From assembly GCA_951406725.2 (NCBI GenBank), contig OX597819.1:23746001-23810000 (forward strand): a stretch of 64,000 nucleotides of DNA, in the 5' to 3' direction. Positions 41,262-53,775 of this stretch are shown in pieces. Under the pieces are notes generated by a model, which was not told the DNA's origin, did not search any database, and saw only the letters and a list, made by a program, of their open reading frames with translations. The translations under genes were made by a program, and so were the position numbers. Positions within the stretch are counted from its first letter, which is position 1. The number at the start of each line of letters is the position of its first letter. Origin of the DNA: Octopus vulgaris. Taxonomy: Eukaryota.

Positions 41262-41440
41262 AGGCATGCATGTGTGAATGCATGCATGCTTTTATATATG
41301 CGTCTATGTATAATTGCATTACATAAGTGTATGAGTGTGTGTGCTTTTCATATGAATATGAATACTTTTAAAATTGTTTGTACATTCTTGTGCGTATCTA
41401 TACATGTATATGTGAAGTTACGTATTGTTGCGTGTCTGCA

Positions 41441-42011
41441 TTGGGTTGTCCGGAAAGTTCGTGCCAATTTATAGTAGCTTATCTTTCGACTTATTTTAGA
41501 ACATGGTTGAGTCCATAAAATAGGATTTGACTACACCTCCATTTAGAGCACAGTTTAAGCGATCTTTTCGTGGAAGAAGGTATATGTTCTTATAATCTGT
41601 TTTAATTCAGTAACCCTTTAAAATAGAAGATAAGAAAGTTCATTTTTTCGGCACTTGATGCTTTGGGAACCAGATAAAAATTGCTGCAGCTCGGCTGGGA
41701 TGTGTTAAACCCACCCTCCATATTCACCAGATATTGCTCCTTCGGATTTCCACCTCTTCAGGTCTCTGCAGAATAGTCTTAATGATAAAAATTTCTATTC
41801 CTTGGATGACGTAAAAAAAGATACCTTGATGAATTCTTTGCCATGAAACCCCTTCGATTCTGGGAAGAGGGTATTTTCAAGTTAAAGGAAAGATGGAGAC
41901 GCATTGTGCAACAAAATGGTTCATATTTGGTTGATTAAAAATGTAATGGCAAGTATTTATTGACCTTTTTCTTTCCTTTAAAAATCGGCACGAACTTTCC
42001 GGATAGCCCAA
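41441..42011 (+). mobile_element. Internally deleted mariner element with both TIRs
   Basis: TIRs ttgggttgtccggaaagttcgtgcc / ggcacgaactttccggatagcccaa|TA; short N-terminal remnant joined to HPPYSPDIAPSDFHLFRSLQNSL..WRRIVQQNGSYLVD*. Confidence 0.93.
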
Positions 42012-42351
42012 TAGTTATGTGCATGGATATATGTAGGTGTGTGAGTTTGCGCATGTATGTGTACTTATGTATCAGTTTGTATATGTGTATGTAGTCGTGT
42101 GTGGGTGTTTGTGAATGTTTATGCGTGTATAGCCTATGTATGGAATTGTGTGTAGTTGTGTGAATATGTGTGTAGTTATGTAATTAGTATGCGTGCGTGT
42201 GTGTGTATTTATGCGTGCTGGAGATTTTGTGTGTGTATATACGGGTTTAGTTATGAGGTGATTTGTGTTTGCGTACATGTGATTGTAATTATGCATGGGT
42301 TTGTATACTTATACACACAAACATACATGCACACACACACATACATACACA

Positions 42352-42424
<73 letters not shown>

Positions 42425-42489
42425 GCGTTGGACTGTGTGTAGGTGTATGAAGTTTGTGTATGCACATCTAGGTATACATGGATTTGTGT

Positions 42490-43300
42490 GTGTATGTATG
42501 TATGTATACGTGCGTATGTATGTATGTATGTATGTATGTATGTATGTATGTATGTATGTATGTATGTGTGTGCGTATGTATGTATGTACGTGTGTGTGTG
42601 TATGTATGTATGTATGTATGTGTGTATGTATGTGTGTGTATGTATGTATTTATGTATGTATGTATGTTTGTATGTATGTACTATGTAAGTATGTTTGTAT
42701 GTATGTGTGTGTATGTATATGTGTATGTATGTATGTATGTGTGTATGTATGTATGTATGTATGTGTGTGTGTATGTATATGTATGTATATATGTATGTAT
42801 ATATGTATGCATGTATGTATGTGTGTGTATGTATGTATGTATGTATGTTTGTATGTATGTATGCATGTATGTGTGTGTATGTATATGTGTATGTATGTAT
42901 GTATGTATGTATGTATGTATGTATTTGTGTACGTATGTGTGTATGTATATCATTATTCAGTTTGTTTCAAAATTTCTTGCCAATTGAGAAAGAACCGATT
43001 TCTAACCTAAATCCAAGGCTCCTGCATTGGAATTTCAACATCAACAACAGGGTATTTTTATTTGTCTGTCTATCTGTCTGTATGCATGAATGTATGTATG
43101 TACGAATGTATGTTTGTGTGTATGTATGTACGTAGGTACGTACGTACGTATGTATGTATGTATGTATGTATGCATGCATGCATGTATGTATGTATGTATG
43201 TATGCATGCATGCATGCATGCATGCATGTATGTATGTATGTATGTATGTATGTATGTATGTATGTATGTATGTATGTATGTATGTATGTACGTATGTGTT

Positions 43301-43353
<53 letters not shown>

Positions 43354-43592
43354 GTATGTGTGTGTACGTGTGTGTATGTATGTCCGTGTTTGTGCATGCG
43401 TGTGTCTGTGCGTGTGTATGTGTGTGCGTGTGTGTGCGTGCGTGTGTGTGTGTGTGCGTGCGTGTGCGTGTGTGTGTGTGTATGTACTTCAGTCAAAAGT
43501 CATGTCAACAATAGCGGAAAGACATATTGAAATGACAGCAGTGAACCGACACAATATTTACAGAATGCTGAAAGAAAAGAAACGTGTAACAA

Positions 43593-43678
<86 letters not shown>

Positions 43679-44374
43679 AAGCACACACAAACTATGAATG
43701 GGTATATATATATGTGTGTGTGTATGTACGTGTTCAGGTCTGTGCGCACTTATATCCTGTGTGCGTTTGCGTGCCTTTGTACATATTTCCCTGTGAGAGT
43801 ATGTGCGTATATATGCATGTGTGTGTGAGTGTCTGTGTGTGTGTGTTTCTGGGTGTCTGCGTACATATTCCCCTGTGTAAGTGTGGATGGGTGTACACAT
43901 ACTACGGTGTGTATGTACGTGTATAAATATTTGTCTGTGTATGTGAGTGTGTGGCTTTGTGTACATATATCCTTTTGTATGTGCATGTCTATTATGTATG
44001 TATGTATGCATGTATGTATACATATATGTGTGTATGTATAAATGTATGTATGAATGTATGTATGTATGTATGTATGTATGTATGTATGCATGCATGTATG
44101 TATACATATATGTGTGTATGTATGTATGTATGCATGTATGTATGTATGAATGTATGTATGTATGTATGCATGCATGCATGTATGTATACATATATGTGTG
44201 TATGTGTGTATGTATGTATGTATGTATGTGTGTGGGTGTATGTATGTATGTATGTATGTATGTATGTATGTATGTATGTATGTATGTATGTATGTGTGTA
44301 TGTATGTACGTATGTATGTATGTATGCATGTATGTATGTGTGTGTATGTATGTTTGTATATATGTATGTATGTA

Positions 44375-44410
<36 letters not shown>

Positions 44411-44462
44411 TATATGTATGTATGTATGTATGTATGAATGCATGTATGTATGTATGTATGTA

Positions 44463-44495
<33 letters not shown>

Positions 44496-44540
44496 ATATG
44501 TATGTATGTATGTATGTATGAATGCATGTATGTATGTATC
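42490..44540. repeat. Long degenerate (TATG)n/(TG)n field
   Basis: Visible arrays; source of the MYVC-type ORFs. Confidence 0.93.
42949..43065 (-). mobile_element. 3' UTR fragment of the (CATA)n-associated RLE LINE
   Basis: Reverse complement matches ~26828-26918 (cctgttgttgatgttgaaat..ctcaattggcaag..aaactgaataatga); lies inside (TATG)n. Confidence 0.8.
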
Positions 44541-44641
44541 TGTGGCTCATATCACTTTATGTGTGTGTGAGTGTGTGTATGAGTGCGTGGTTATGTCAAT
44601 GTGTACACATACCCATGTGTTTTTCTAATTGTACGTTTATC

Positions 44642-44680
<39 letters not shown>

Positions 44681-45107
44681 CTGTGCGTATTCATATATTT
44701 CCATGTGTGTGTGTATGTGTCCATATATCGCTGTGTGTTGTGCGTGTGTGTTTGTGTGGACGTTCATGTCTGAATGTGTATGTATCTGTCCCACTCTGTA
44801 TTTTCGCATGGGTGGATATGTTTCCATTGGTCTGTGTGCGTGAGTGAGTCCCAGCTGTATGTGTGTAAGGGTGAGTGTGTGGGTATTTGCGTGAGTGTCT
44901 CTGCGAACATGTGCACATGCGTGTGCGAGAATATGTGTGAATGAGTGCATATGTATGCATGTGTCTAGGTGTGTGTGTTTGTATGTATGTGTGTGTGTGT
45001 GTGTGCTCTCGTGTGAGTTCGCATGCTGGCTTGCTTGTGTATCTGCAAGCGTTCATTTGTACGTGTGTGAATTTGTGCGAGTGTATGTTTATGTATGTGT
45101 ATATATC

Positions 45108-45145
<38 letters not shown>

Positions 45146-45529
45146 CGTGTGTGTGTGTGCGTGCGAGTGCGAGTGTGTGTACGCGCGAGTGTGTGTGTAT
45201 GTGTGTGTGCATGTCTGTGCGCGCAACATGTGTGTGCGTGTATCTAGTCAGGAATCCATTTGAGCTGTTCCGAAGTGACTAAAGTACATTCCGTAACACT
45301 CCACTGCCTTATAACACTGTTCTATATATGTTGCAATGCACTTATATAACACCCATGTACTATACCACTATCGTACTATACCTTGTGTCTCTCCTGTTCG
45401 TGCCTCACAACACTTGGTGATCTGTGCTCTTGTCCGTTTAACCAATCTGGTGGTTTTCTCCGCAAATCCGTCGGGCCCAGTCTTCGTATACATAGGCAGA
45501 GAAGCCCTAGCAGTTTAAAAAAAAAGAGG

Positions 45530-45880
45530 CGACGACGAGGGTTCCAGTTGATCCGATCAGCGGAACAGCTTGCTCGTGAAATTAACGTGCAAGTGGCCGA
45601 GCAATCCACAGACACGTGTACCCTTAACGTAGTTCTCGAAGAAATTCAGCGTGACAAGGCTGGTCCCTTGAAATACAAGTACAACAGAAATAGGAAGAAA
45701 GAGTGAGAGAAAGTTGTGGTGAAAGAATACAGCAGGATTCGCCAGCACCCCCTGCCGGAGACTAGTGGAGCTTTAGGTGTTTTCGCTCAATAAACACTCA
45801 CAACGCCCGGTCTGGGAATCGAAACCGCGATCCTACGACCGCGAGTAGCTGCCCTAACCACTGGGCTATTGCGTCTCCAC
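45530..45880 (-). mobile_element. SINE family C with complete tRNA-like head H1
   Basis: Minus strand starts gtggagacgcaatagcccagtggttagggc (A-box) .. gtttcgattcc (B-box). Confidence 0.9.
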
Positions 45881-46124
45881 TTTAATAAATAGAACATACG
45901 AAATAGTACATACGAAAATATGTTCCAGACTTTTGGCCACGACTGTAACAGACGTTTCCCAAGTTCAACGGCGCATATTTAAGAATAACGTTTTTAGTGC
46001 ATTATAGCCTATAATATAGATCCAATTTCACGTATAGGACCTGGTGTCAATTTGCTTAAACATTTTTTTGGAAAAATATGTGCGTCTTTTATGTTGTCAA
46101 ATGCGATATATATATTCCTTTCTG

Positions 46125-46616
46125 CTATAGTCATAATGCCTGAAATTTTGTGGAGGGGTGGGGGAGCTACTCGATTAGATCGACTCCGACTGTGTAACTG
46201 TTCTTATTTTATCGACCTCGAAAATAATGAAAGGTAAAGTCGACATCGGTGGAATTTGAATTCAGAACGTAAGGACGGACGAAATGCCGCTAAGCATTTT
46301 GACCGGCGTACAAGCGAATCTTTTCTACTCTAGGCACATAGCCCGAAATTTTTTAGGAAGGGGCCCAGTCAATTAGATCGACCCTAGTACGCAACTGGTA
46401 CTTAATTTATCGACCCCGAAAGGATGAAGGACAAAGTCGACCTCGGCAGATTTTGAACTCAGAACGTAGCGGCAGACGAAATACCTATTTCTTTACTACC
46501 CACAAGGAGCTAAACACAGAGAGGACAAACAAGGACAGACAAACGGATTAAGTCGAATACATTGACCCCAGTACGTAACTGGTACTTATATATATGCATA
46601 TATATATATATATATA

Positions 46617-46708
<92 letters not shown>

Positions 46709-46920
46709 TTTCAAATTTCGGCACAATGCCAGCAGCTTTAGGTGAGCGAGTAAGTCAATTACATCGACCCCAGTGTTCAACTGGTTCTGATTTTATCACC
46801 CCCGAAAAGATAAAAGGCAAAGTCGACTGTAGCCGAATTTGAACTCAGAACATAAAAACAGACGAAATGTCATTAAGCATTTTGTACGGCGTACTAATAA
46901 TCCTGCCAACTTGCCACCTT
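46125..46920 (-). mobile_element. Cluster of SINE family A copies including a multimer junction
   Basis: Three to four cores; junction gaaatacc|tatttcttta at 46485/46486. Confidence 0.87.
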
Positions 46921-47001
46921 AATTACCACACACACACACACACACGCACACACGCACACACGCACACACATTTCTTTCAAAATTGACTCCGCGTATTCAA
47001 A

Positions 47002-47399
47002 TCTTTATATATAAAAGTGACGTTGTGTGTCTGTCTCCTACGATTTAGATTCCTAACTACTCCTACATTTTGCCGTGCAGTGTAACCAAAAGTGGGTATC
47101 TTATAGTCGTGATTCATATCGAGCCCTTCTGGGTATTAGCGCGCGTCTACGATGAGTCTACGATTTAAAAAATAATTTACCACCATTTCTTTCCATTTTA
47201 ATGCATTTTTTCGCTATTATATAAGGGAAGTAACTCTCTAAAAATGTCTACGATGAGTCAACGATTTAAAAAAAAAATTACCATAATTTTTTTTCCATTT
47301 TTAATGCATTTTTTGCTATTTTTTTGGCTATAACTCTCTAAAAATGCTTATATAGTTATTTTCCTTACAAACCCGAGCAACGCCGGGCGATACTGCTAG
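47002..47399 (+). mobile_element. Non-autonomous Helitron-like element
   Basis: A|TCTTTATATATAAAAG 5' end; 3' cccg-agcaacgc-cggg hairpin then CTAG|T; no TSD; internal ~100-bp tandem duplication. Confidence 0.82.
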
Positions 47400-48582
47400 T
47401 AAGAAATAAAAAAGAAATCTATACGTGGACAGCGAGATGTAACGAACCTGAGTTTAGATTTCATTATGAAATAGCTGAACAAAAAAAAGAAGAAAAAAAA
47501 ATGGTTGTCAGAACCATGGAAAGTATGGTATTATCCTCAAAAGACATAACTGTAAGAACTGTAATGCTTTAAGATCGTGAGGAAACAGAAAAGAAACGAA
47601 AACCAAACAAAGCGAGCCCCCCCCCCCAAAAAAAATATACCAACAATCATCGTAATTTTGTATTTATTGTTGTTGTTGTTGTTGTAGCGTTGCTGTGTTT
47701 TTTTGTTGTAGTTGTCGTTTAAATCTCCTTGTAACATTTTTCGGGTACCTTATTACCTCAGAAATAATAATTTCTACGAGTACGAATCCTTTAAGTCAGA
47801 ATAATCATTGACACGTAAGAATGGGAAAACAAAGCGAAAAAGACAAAAAAAAAAAAAAGCGAAGGAATAAAAAATAAAAAAATTGAACAAGAACAAAACA
47901 AAACAAATTAAGATAAAAAAAATACCCAGCAAAAATAAAAAAAGAGCCCGTTAAGAATATTATGTAATATCATCATCACCACCACCAACACCATCATCAT
48001 CATCGACGTCGCCGTCATCATCATCGACGCCATCATCACCACCTTCATCATCGTCGTCGTCGTTGCCGTGAGCTTTGTTGGTCACAATTATCATTGTTAT
48101 TGTTGCTCTCCTCCTCCTCCTCCTCCTCCTCCTTCTTCTTCTTCTTCTTCTTCTTCTTCTTCTTCTTCATCAGCATCATCATCACCATTACCTCCTCCCC
48201 TCCTCCTTTTTCTCCTTCTTTTTCTTCTTCTTTTTCTTCTTCTTCTTCTTTTCTTCTTCCATCTCCTCTTCTACTTCCTCTTCTTCATCATCATCATCTT
48301 CTCCTCCTTTTTCTTCTTTACTTCTTCCACCTCCTCTTCTTCCTCCTCCTCTTCTTCATCATCATCATCACCATCTCATCCTCCTTCCTCCTTCTTCTTC
48401 TTCTTCTTCTTCTTCTTCTTCTTCTTCTTCTTCTCATTATTATTATCTTCATCATCATCATCATCATTATCATCATCATCATCATCATTATTATTATTAT
48501 TATTATTATTACCCTTCTGCTTCATCTAACGGAATTAACAACAGAGGAGTGAGAAATCCCTAAGCCAGGGATTTCAGCTCAC

Positions 48583-48687
48583 CTCGGTGCACGTGTGGAA
48601 TTGTGGAATTCCTTCACCGAAATGGAGCGGGCTGTTGAATTCTAATGCAAAGCTTAGCAGACTGTAAGCTTCCTTTGGCTGTCTTGT
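48583..48687 (-). CDS. Candidate 105-bp internal coding exon of an unidentified host gene
   Basis: Acceptor catttcctccag|, donor gag|gtgagc, open phase-0 frame TRQPKEAYSLLSFALEFNSPLHFGEGIPQFHTCTE; unique sequence between microsatellites; protein not recognised. Confidence 0.45.
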
Positions 48688-48947
48688 CTGGAGGAAATGT
48701 CTTAGAGTTACGCTACACGCGCACGCACGCACGCACATACACATAGACACGCACACACACGCTGGCGTACAAAAGTACAAATACGTGCATGCACATGCGC
48801 ACTTACATATGCATTCATACACATACACTCACTGACACGCTGACACACAAACGTGCAGATATGCGCATACATACACGCAGACACACAAACACACACATAT
48901 ATATATATATAAGCACATATACAAACACTCATACATATATACACAGT

Positions 48948-49310
48948 TACTTGTTTCAGTCATTTGACTGTGGCCATGCTGGAGCACGGCCTTTTAGTCG
49001 AACAAATCGACCCCAGGACTTATTCTTTGTAAGCTTGATACTTATTCTATCGGTTTCTTTTGCCGAACCACTATGTTGCGGGGACATAAGCACACAGACA
49101 TCGGTCGTCAAGCGTCGGTGGGAGGACAAACACAAAGACACACACACATAAATATATATATTTCAGTTTCCGTCTATCAAATCCACTCACAAGGCTTTAG
49201 TCGACCCGAGGCTGTAGTAGAAGATACTTGAAACAAAGTGCCATGCGGTGGGACCGAACTCGGAACCATGTCGGGAAGCAAGATTCTTACTACCACACAG
49301 CCACGTCTGC
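48948..49310 (-). mobile_element. SINE family B
   Basis: Reverse complement of family B. Confidence 0.87.
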
Positions 49311-49340
49311 GACTTAATAGTTAGTATTTAATTATATATA

Positions 49341-49563
49341 TATATATATATATATGTATTACGGAGATGTACTTGCATAGCAAGTGATTTGATCTGAGAT
49401 CGTGTGCTGAAACGAAAACAATTGCAGCGTGGAAGCTGTTTGTAAGCCATTTAAGAAACACACAAAAGCCACTCGATTCACTTGAACATTTAAGTTTAAT
49501 TTGTCAAAAAATGTTCGTCGCTTTAAGACTGCGACCTGTTCACTGACAAAAATTCGTGCTGCA
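49341..49563 (-). mobile_element. Family E repeat, (TA)n-flanked
   Basis: Inverted homologue of 2903-3131. Confidence 0.8.
49500..49550 (-). ncRNA. Minimal type-I hammerhead-like motif, G3-C8 core variant
   Basis: Minus strand: tttgtca GTGAACA g gtcgc-agtcttaaa-gcgac GAAC attt TT tgacaaa; 7-bp stem I, 5-bp stem II; GAAA and stem III mutated here but intact in the 2944-2990 copy. Confidence 0.6.
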
Positions 49564-49592
49564 TATATGTATGTATATATATATATATACAT

Positions 49593-49695
<103 letters not shown>

Positions 49696-49696
49696 A

Positions 49697-50019
49697 GGGA
49701 CCACTTCGTCGGTTACGACGACGAGGGTCCCAGCTGATACAATCAACGGAACAGCTTCCTCGTGAAATTAACGTGCAAATAACTGAGCAATCCACAGACA
49801 CGTGTACCCCTAATATAGTTCTCAGGGAGATCCAGAGTGACACAGAGTGTGACAAGGCTGGCCCTTTGAAATACAGGTACACCTCATTTGTGTCAGCTGA
49901 GTGGGCTGGAGCAACGTGAAATAAAGTGTCTTGCTAAAGGACACAACGCGTCGCCGGGAATTGAACTCACGACCTGACTATCGTGAGTCGAATGCTCTAA
50001 CGACTAAGCCACACACCTT

Positions 50020-50023
<4 letters not shown>
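49697..50023 (-). mobile_element. SINE family C variant (head H2 + body X)
   Basis: Matches family C up to gaaatacaggtaca (~49881), then a different tRNA-like head (tggcttagtcg / gagttcaattcc). Confidence 0.85.
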
Positions 50024-50052
<29 letters not shown>

Positions 50053-50187
50053 TCACACACACATGCACACACATTTTAAATTAAATATTCAACCGAAATA
50101 GCCTCATGTAGTTTCATGCTGTTATGATACTTGAACATCCATTTTAATAAAATACACCATGTATCTTAGAGCAATTGCCTAAGTTCT

Positions 50188-50676
<489 letters not shown>

Positions 50677-50679
<3 letters not shown>

Positions 50680-51095
50680 GTTTTTATTCTTTATTTGTAC
50701 TGTTTTTTTTTCTTCATTTGTATTGCTTTACGTCCTGTTATTGTCACTTTTCTTTCTTTACCCCTCTGCAAAGGAATTTTACTTAATTCATTTTGCAGGA
50801 AGGACTTCTTCGGCCGGATTGTGTCCTGCCCTTACCTTCGAAACACGCATTGAGTCGAAACAGGGGCAGCTGATGAAGGGGATTATTCCTTGTATTGTTT
50901 GTCTTGTACTCTGTTTTTTCGTTGTTAAAAATAGTCCGTTTCCTTGTTTGATTTTGTGTTTTCGTTTCTCGTTGTGTTCTACGTTTATTTGTGGTGTCCT
51001 TTACTCATATATGCATGTATATATACATATAGATGTAGGTATGTACATATATGTATGTACGTATGCATATGTTTTATTTATTAAATTGTTATTAT
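50677..51095 (+). mobile_element. Family F repeat, longer copy, abutting (TA)n
   Basis: Homologous to 3232-3482 (minus); contains GTC, GAAAC and CTGATGA motifs. Confidence 0.8.
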
Positions 51096-51576
51096 ACATA
51101 TATATATTTATGGACACACACATTTATATACACGTACATTTATATGCATAGGCAGACGCAAGCTGAATTATGAACTCTTGTTATAAGAAGTTAAAATATA
51201 CGTAAAAAGATATACAAAGGGCTACATTTAAGTCAGGACTGACGAGAAAACCCGCCCCAAATATGGCCGTGTTGAAACCGACCAAGATAATCAAGTAGTT
51301 TCGTGTACACTTACATTGTTTCAGGCCCAAACCTCTGCTTTGCTGACAGAGCAACTGTTTTCGTTTCAAAGTCACAGTAACCCTTCACTGACTGACGTAG
51401 ACTATGTAACCGAGTTTTATATATTATGTTTGTATATATCAATCACTGATGTTTCGAGGGTTAGGTCTGTTATCGTCCTTCGTTTTATCTTGTTGAAACG
51501 CAAGAATAATAGTTATGTGTGTTTTATTTCCGTGTCTGTCTCCTGTACCGGCCTTTGCCTGTGCTCCTCTGTGTGT

Positions 51577-51629
<53 letters not shown>

Positions 51630-51993
51630 TGTGTGCATGTGCCTCTGTGCGTGCCTGTATGTATGTGAATTGTCATGAAGCAATATTTACATATAAGTAT
51701 TTGTAAAATGGATGTCTTTTCGTACGTATACGTTTGTATGAACATAATGGGAAGGAGACTTGTTACATGTCAAATGTACACACGCACACATACACTCATA
51801 CGCACACGATTTTAGTGGCAAGAATATTTATGAACCACAGAAACACGCACATGAAGACACACTTGCAGACATACACTGACACGCACATACGCAAATACAC
51901 AAACATACGCACAAACCCGCGCACAGACATAGGCAAGCACACACAAGCGCTATTAATCACTACGTCATATGCCCAGGTTCGAAATTTCCCCAA

Positions 51994-52039
51994 GACACCT
52001 GATGAAGGCTGGAGGGTATACAAGCCGAAACATTGTGTC
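51994..52039 (+). ncRNA. Minimal type-I hammerhead ribozyme, tandem copy 1
   Basis: gacac CTGATGA a ggct..agcc GAAA ca TT gtgtc. Confidence 0.75.
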
Positions 52040-52185
52040 AACAACAAACAAGATGAGGACAAATATCCGTCAAATGTAAATGATGTACGTAGGCAGTCTA
52101 GAAGTTTCGGAACAAACCTCTACTGACACACTCACTTTAATGCATTTATTGCAGCGCTCTAGCCACTTCGGGAAGGCCCCCCGAA

Positions 52186-52231
52186 GACACCTGATGAAGG
52201 CTGGAGGGTATATCAGCCGAAACGTTGTGTT
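52186..52231 (+). ncRNA. Minimal type-I hammerhead ribozyme, tandem copy 2
   Basis: gacac CTGATGA a ggctg-gagggtatat-cagcc GAAA cg TT gtgtt; palindromic AACGTT stem III; GUU triplet. Confidence 0.8.
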
Positions 52232-52321
52232 AACAATAAACAAGATGAGGACAAATATCCGTCAAATGTAAATAATGTACATAATTCCTCATCCCTTAAA
52301 TATAGAACTGTATTGTATATT

Positions 52322-52550
52322 CTTTTCTACTCTAGGCACAAGTCCCGAAATTTTTGGGGAAGTGGTGGGGGGGGGGGCAGTCGATTAGGTCGGCCCCAGT
52401 ACGCAACTGGTACTTAATTTATCGACCCCTGAAAGGATAAAAAGCAATGCCAACCTCGGCGGAATTTGAAATCAGAGCGTAAAGACAGACGAAATAGCGC
52501 TAAGTATTTCACCCGGCGTGCTAACGCTTCTGCCAGCTGCTCGCCGCCTT
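52322..52550 (-). mobile_element. SINE family A
   Basis: Reverse complement of family A with full head. Confidence 0.87.
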
Positions 52551-52620
52551 GCAAGTATTGTATATTGTATGGTATTTGATATACGTGTATTTGTCTTTCT
52601 CTCTCTCATCATCATCATCG

Positions 52621-52692
<72 letters not shown>

Positions 52693-53034
52693 CTTATAAA
52701 TAAGGGCTAAAGAAAATTATTTCTATGCCAATATGTTGATAGCAGACTTTTAAATCGTCAATTTCCACACATTATTTACTCGCTACAGAAAAACACTCGA
52801 AGAGCTGAAATCGAGGAAAGCCGGCCGATAGAACTTTTTAAAAAAGTTCGTTATTTCTATATTGAATCAATTTCGGAATTAAACTCAAAATAGATTTTTT
52901 TCCTCTTCAGTAGAAGATACGAAAGGATATAAATAAGATACTTACATGCGCCCATTCCGAAATTGAGTACCGCATTTAGTCGAACAAATCGACATCAGGA
53001 CTTATTCTTTGTAAGCCTAGTACTTTTGCCGAAC

Positions 53035-53400
53035 TGGCGGTGGTGGTGGCGGCGGCGGCGACGGTTGTGGCAGTGGTCTGGCGGTGGTGGTGGTGGTGGT
53101 GGCGGCGGCAGCGGTGGCGGTGGTCTGGTGGTTGTGGTGGTGGTAGTGTTGGTGGTGGTGTGGCGGTGGTGGCGTTGGTGGCGGTGGTGGTGGCGGTGAC
53201 GGTGACGAGGACGACGATGACGACAATTACACTAGTGGCGATGACGATGATGATGATGATGACGATGGTGAAGACGATGGCGGCGGCGGCGGCGGCAGTG
53301 ATGGATGTAGTGATGATGATGATGATGATGATGATGAGCAGGAGGAGGATGAGGAGGAGAATGGAAATGACATCAAACAATACGACAACGACGATGACGA
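53035..53400. repeat. (GGT)n/(GGC)n/(GAT)n trinucleotide arrays
   Basis: Visible arrays. Confidence 0.9.
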
Positions 53401-53629
53401 TTTTAACTACGATGACCTTATCCATAACAAACAGTCACAACAGCATAGACTACAGTAACAACAACAGCAACAACCTTGACCTGGAGATGTCGTCAAAAAT
53501 CAAAACATTCTGTCAGACGTTCAAACTTAAGACTATCAACTTGCACTGAAAAAAAACAAAAAAAAGGGAACTCATTTTCGAGTTTGTTTAAAATGATAAC
53601 AAACAAGTTCACTAAAACAGTAACTCATG

Positions 53630-53688
<59 letters not shown>

Positions 53689-53775
53689 ACTCAAATACAC
53701 GACGCATACAGATACATACACCAATGGTTACACACGCAAATTAATTTTCCTTAACAGAAATTATACATATAGATC

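Noticed and set aside
45810-45880. tRNA-like sequence with A and B boxes (also the family A and B heads)
   Set aside because: No complete cloverleaf, and it continues into a repeated SINE body; these are SINE heads, not tRNA genes.
51239-51290. CTGACGA..GAAACCGACC hammerhead-like motif
   Set aside because: Stem I does not pair and the cleavage triplet is absent; at most a decayed relic.
53482-53546. Minus-strand segment after a strong acceptor (tttttttcag)
   Set aside because: Stops in all three frames and a poor donor; not supportable as a coding exon.
53040-53549. GC-rich 169-aa ORF and apparent CpG-rich patch
   Set aside because: Composed of (GGT)n, (GGC)n and (GAT)n repeats.
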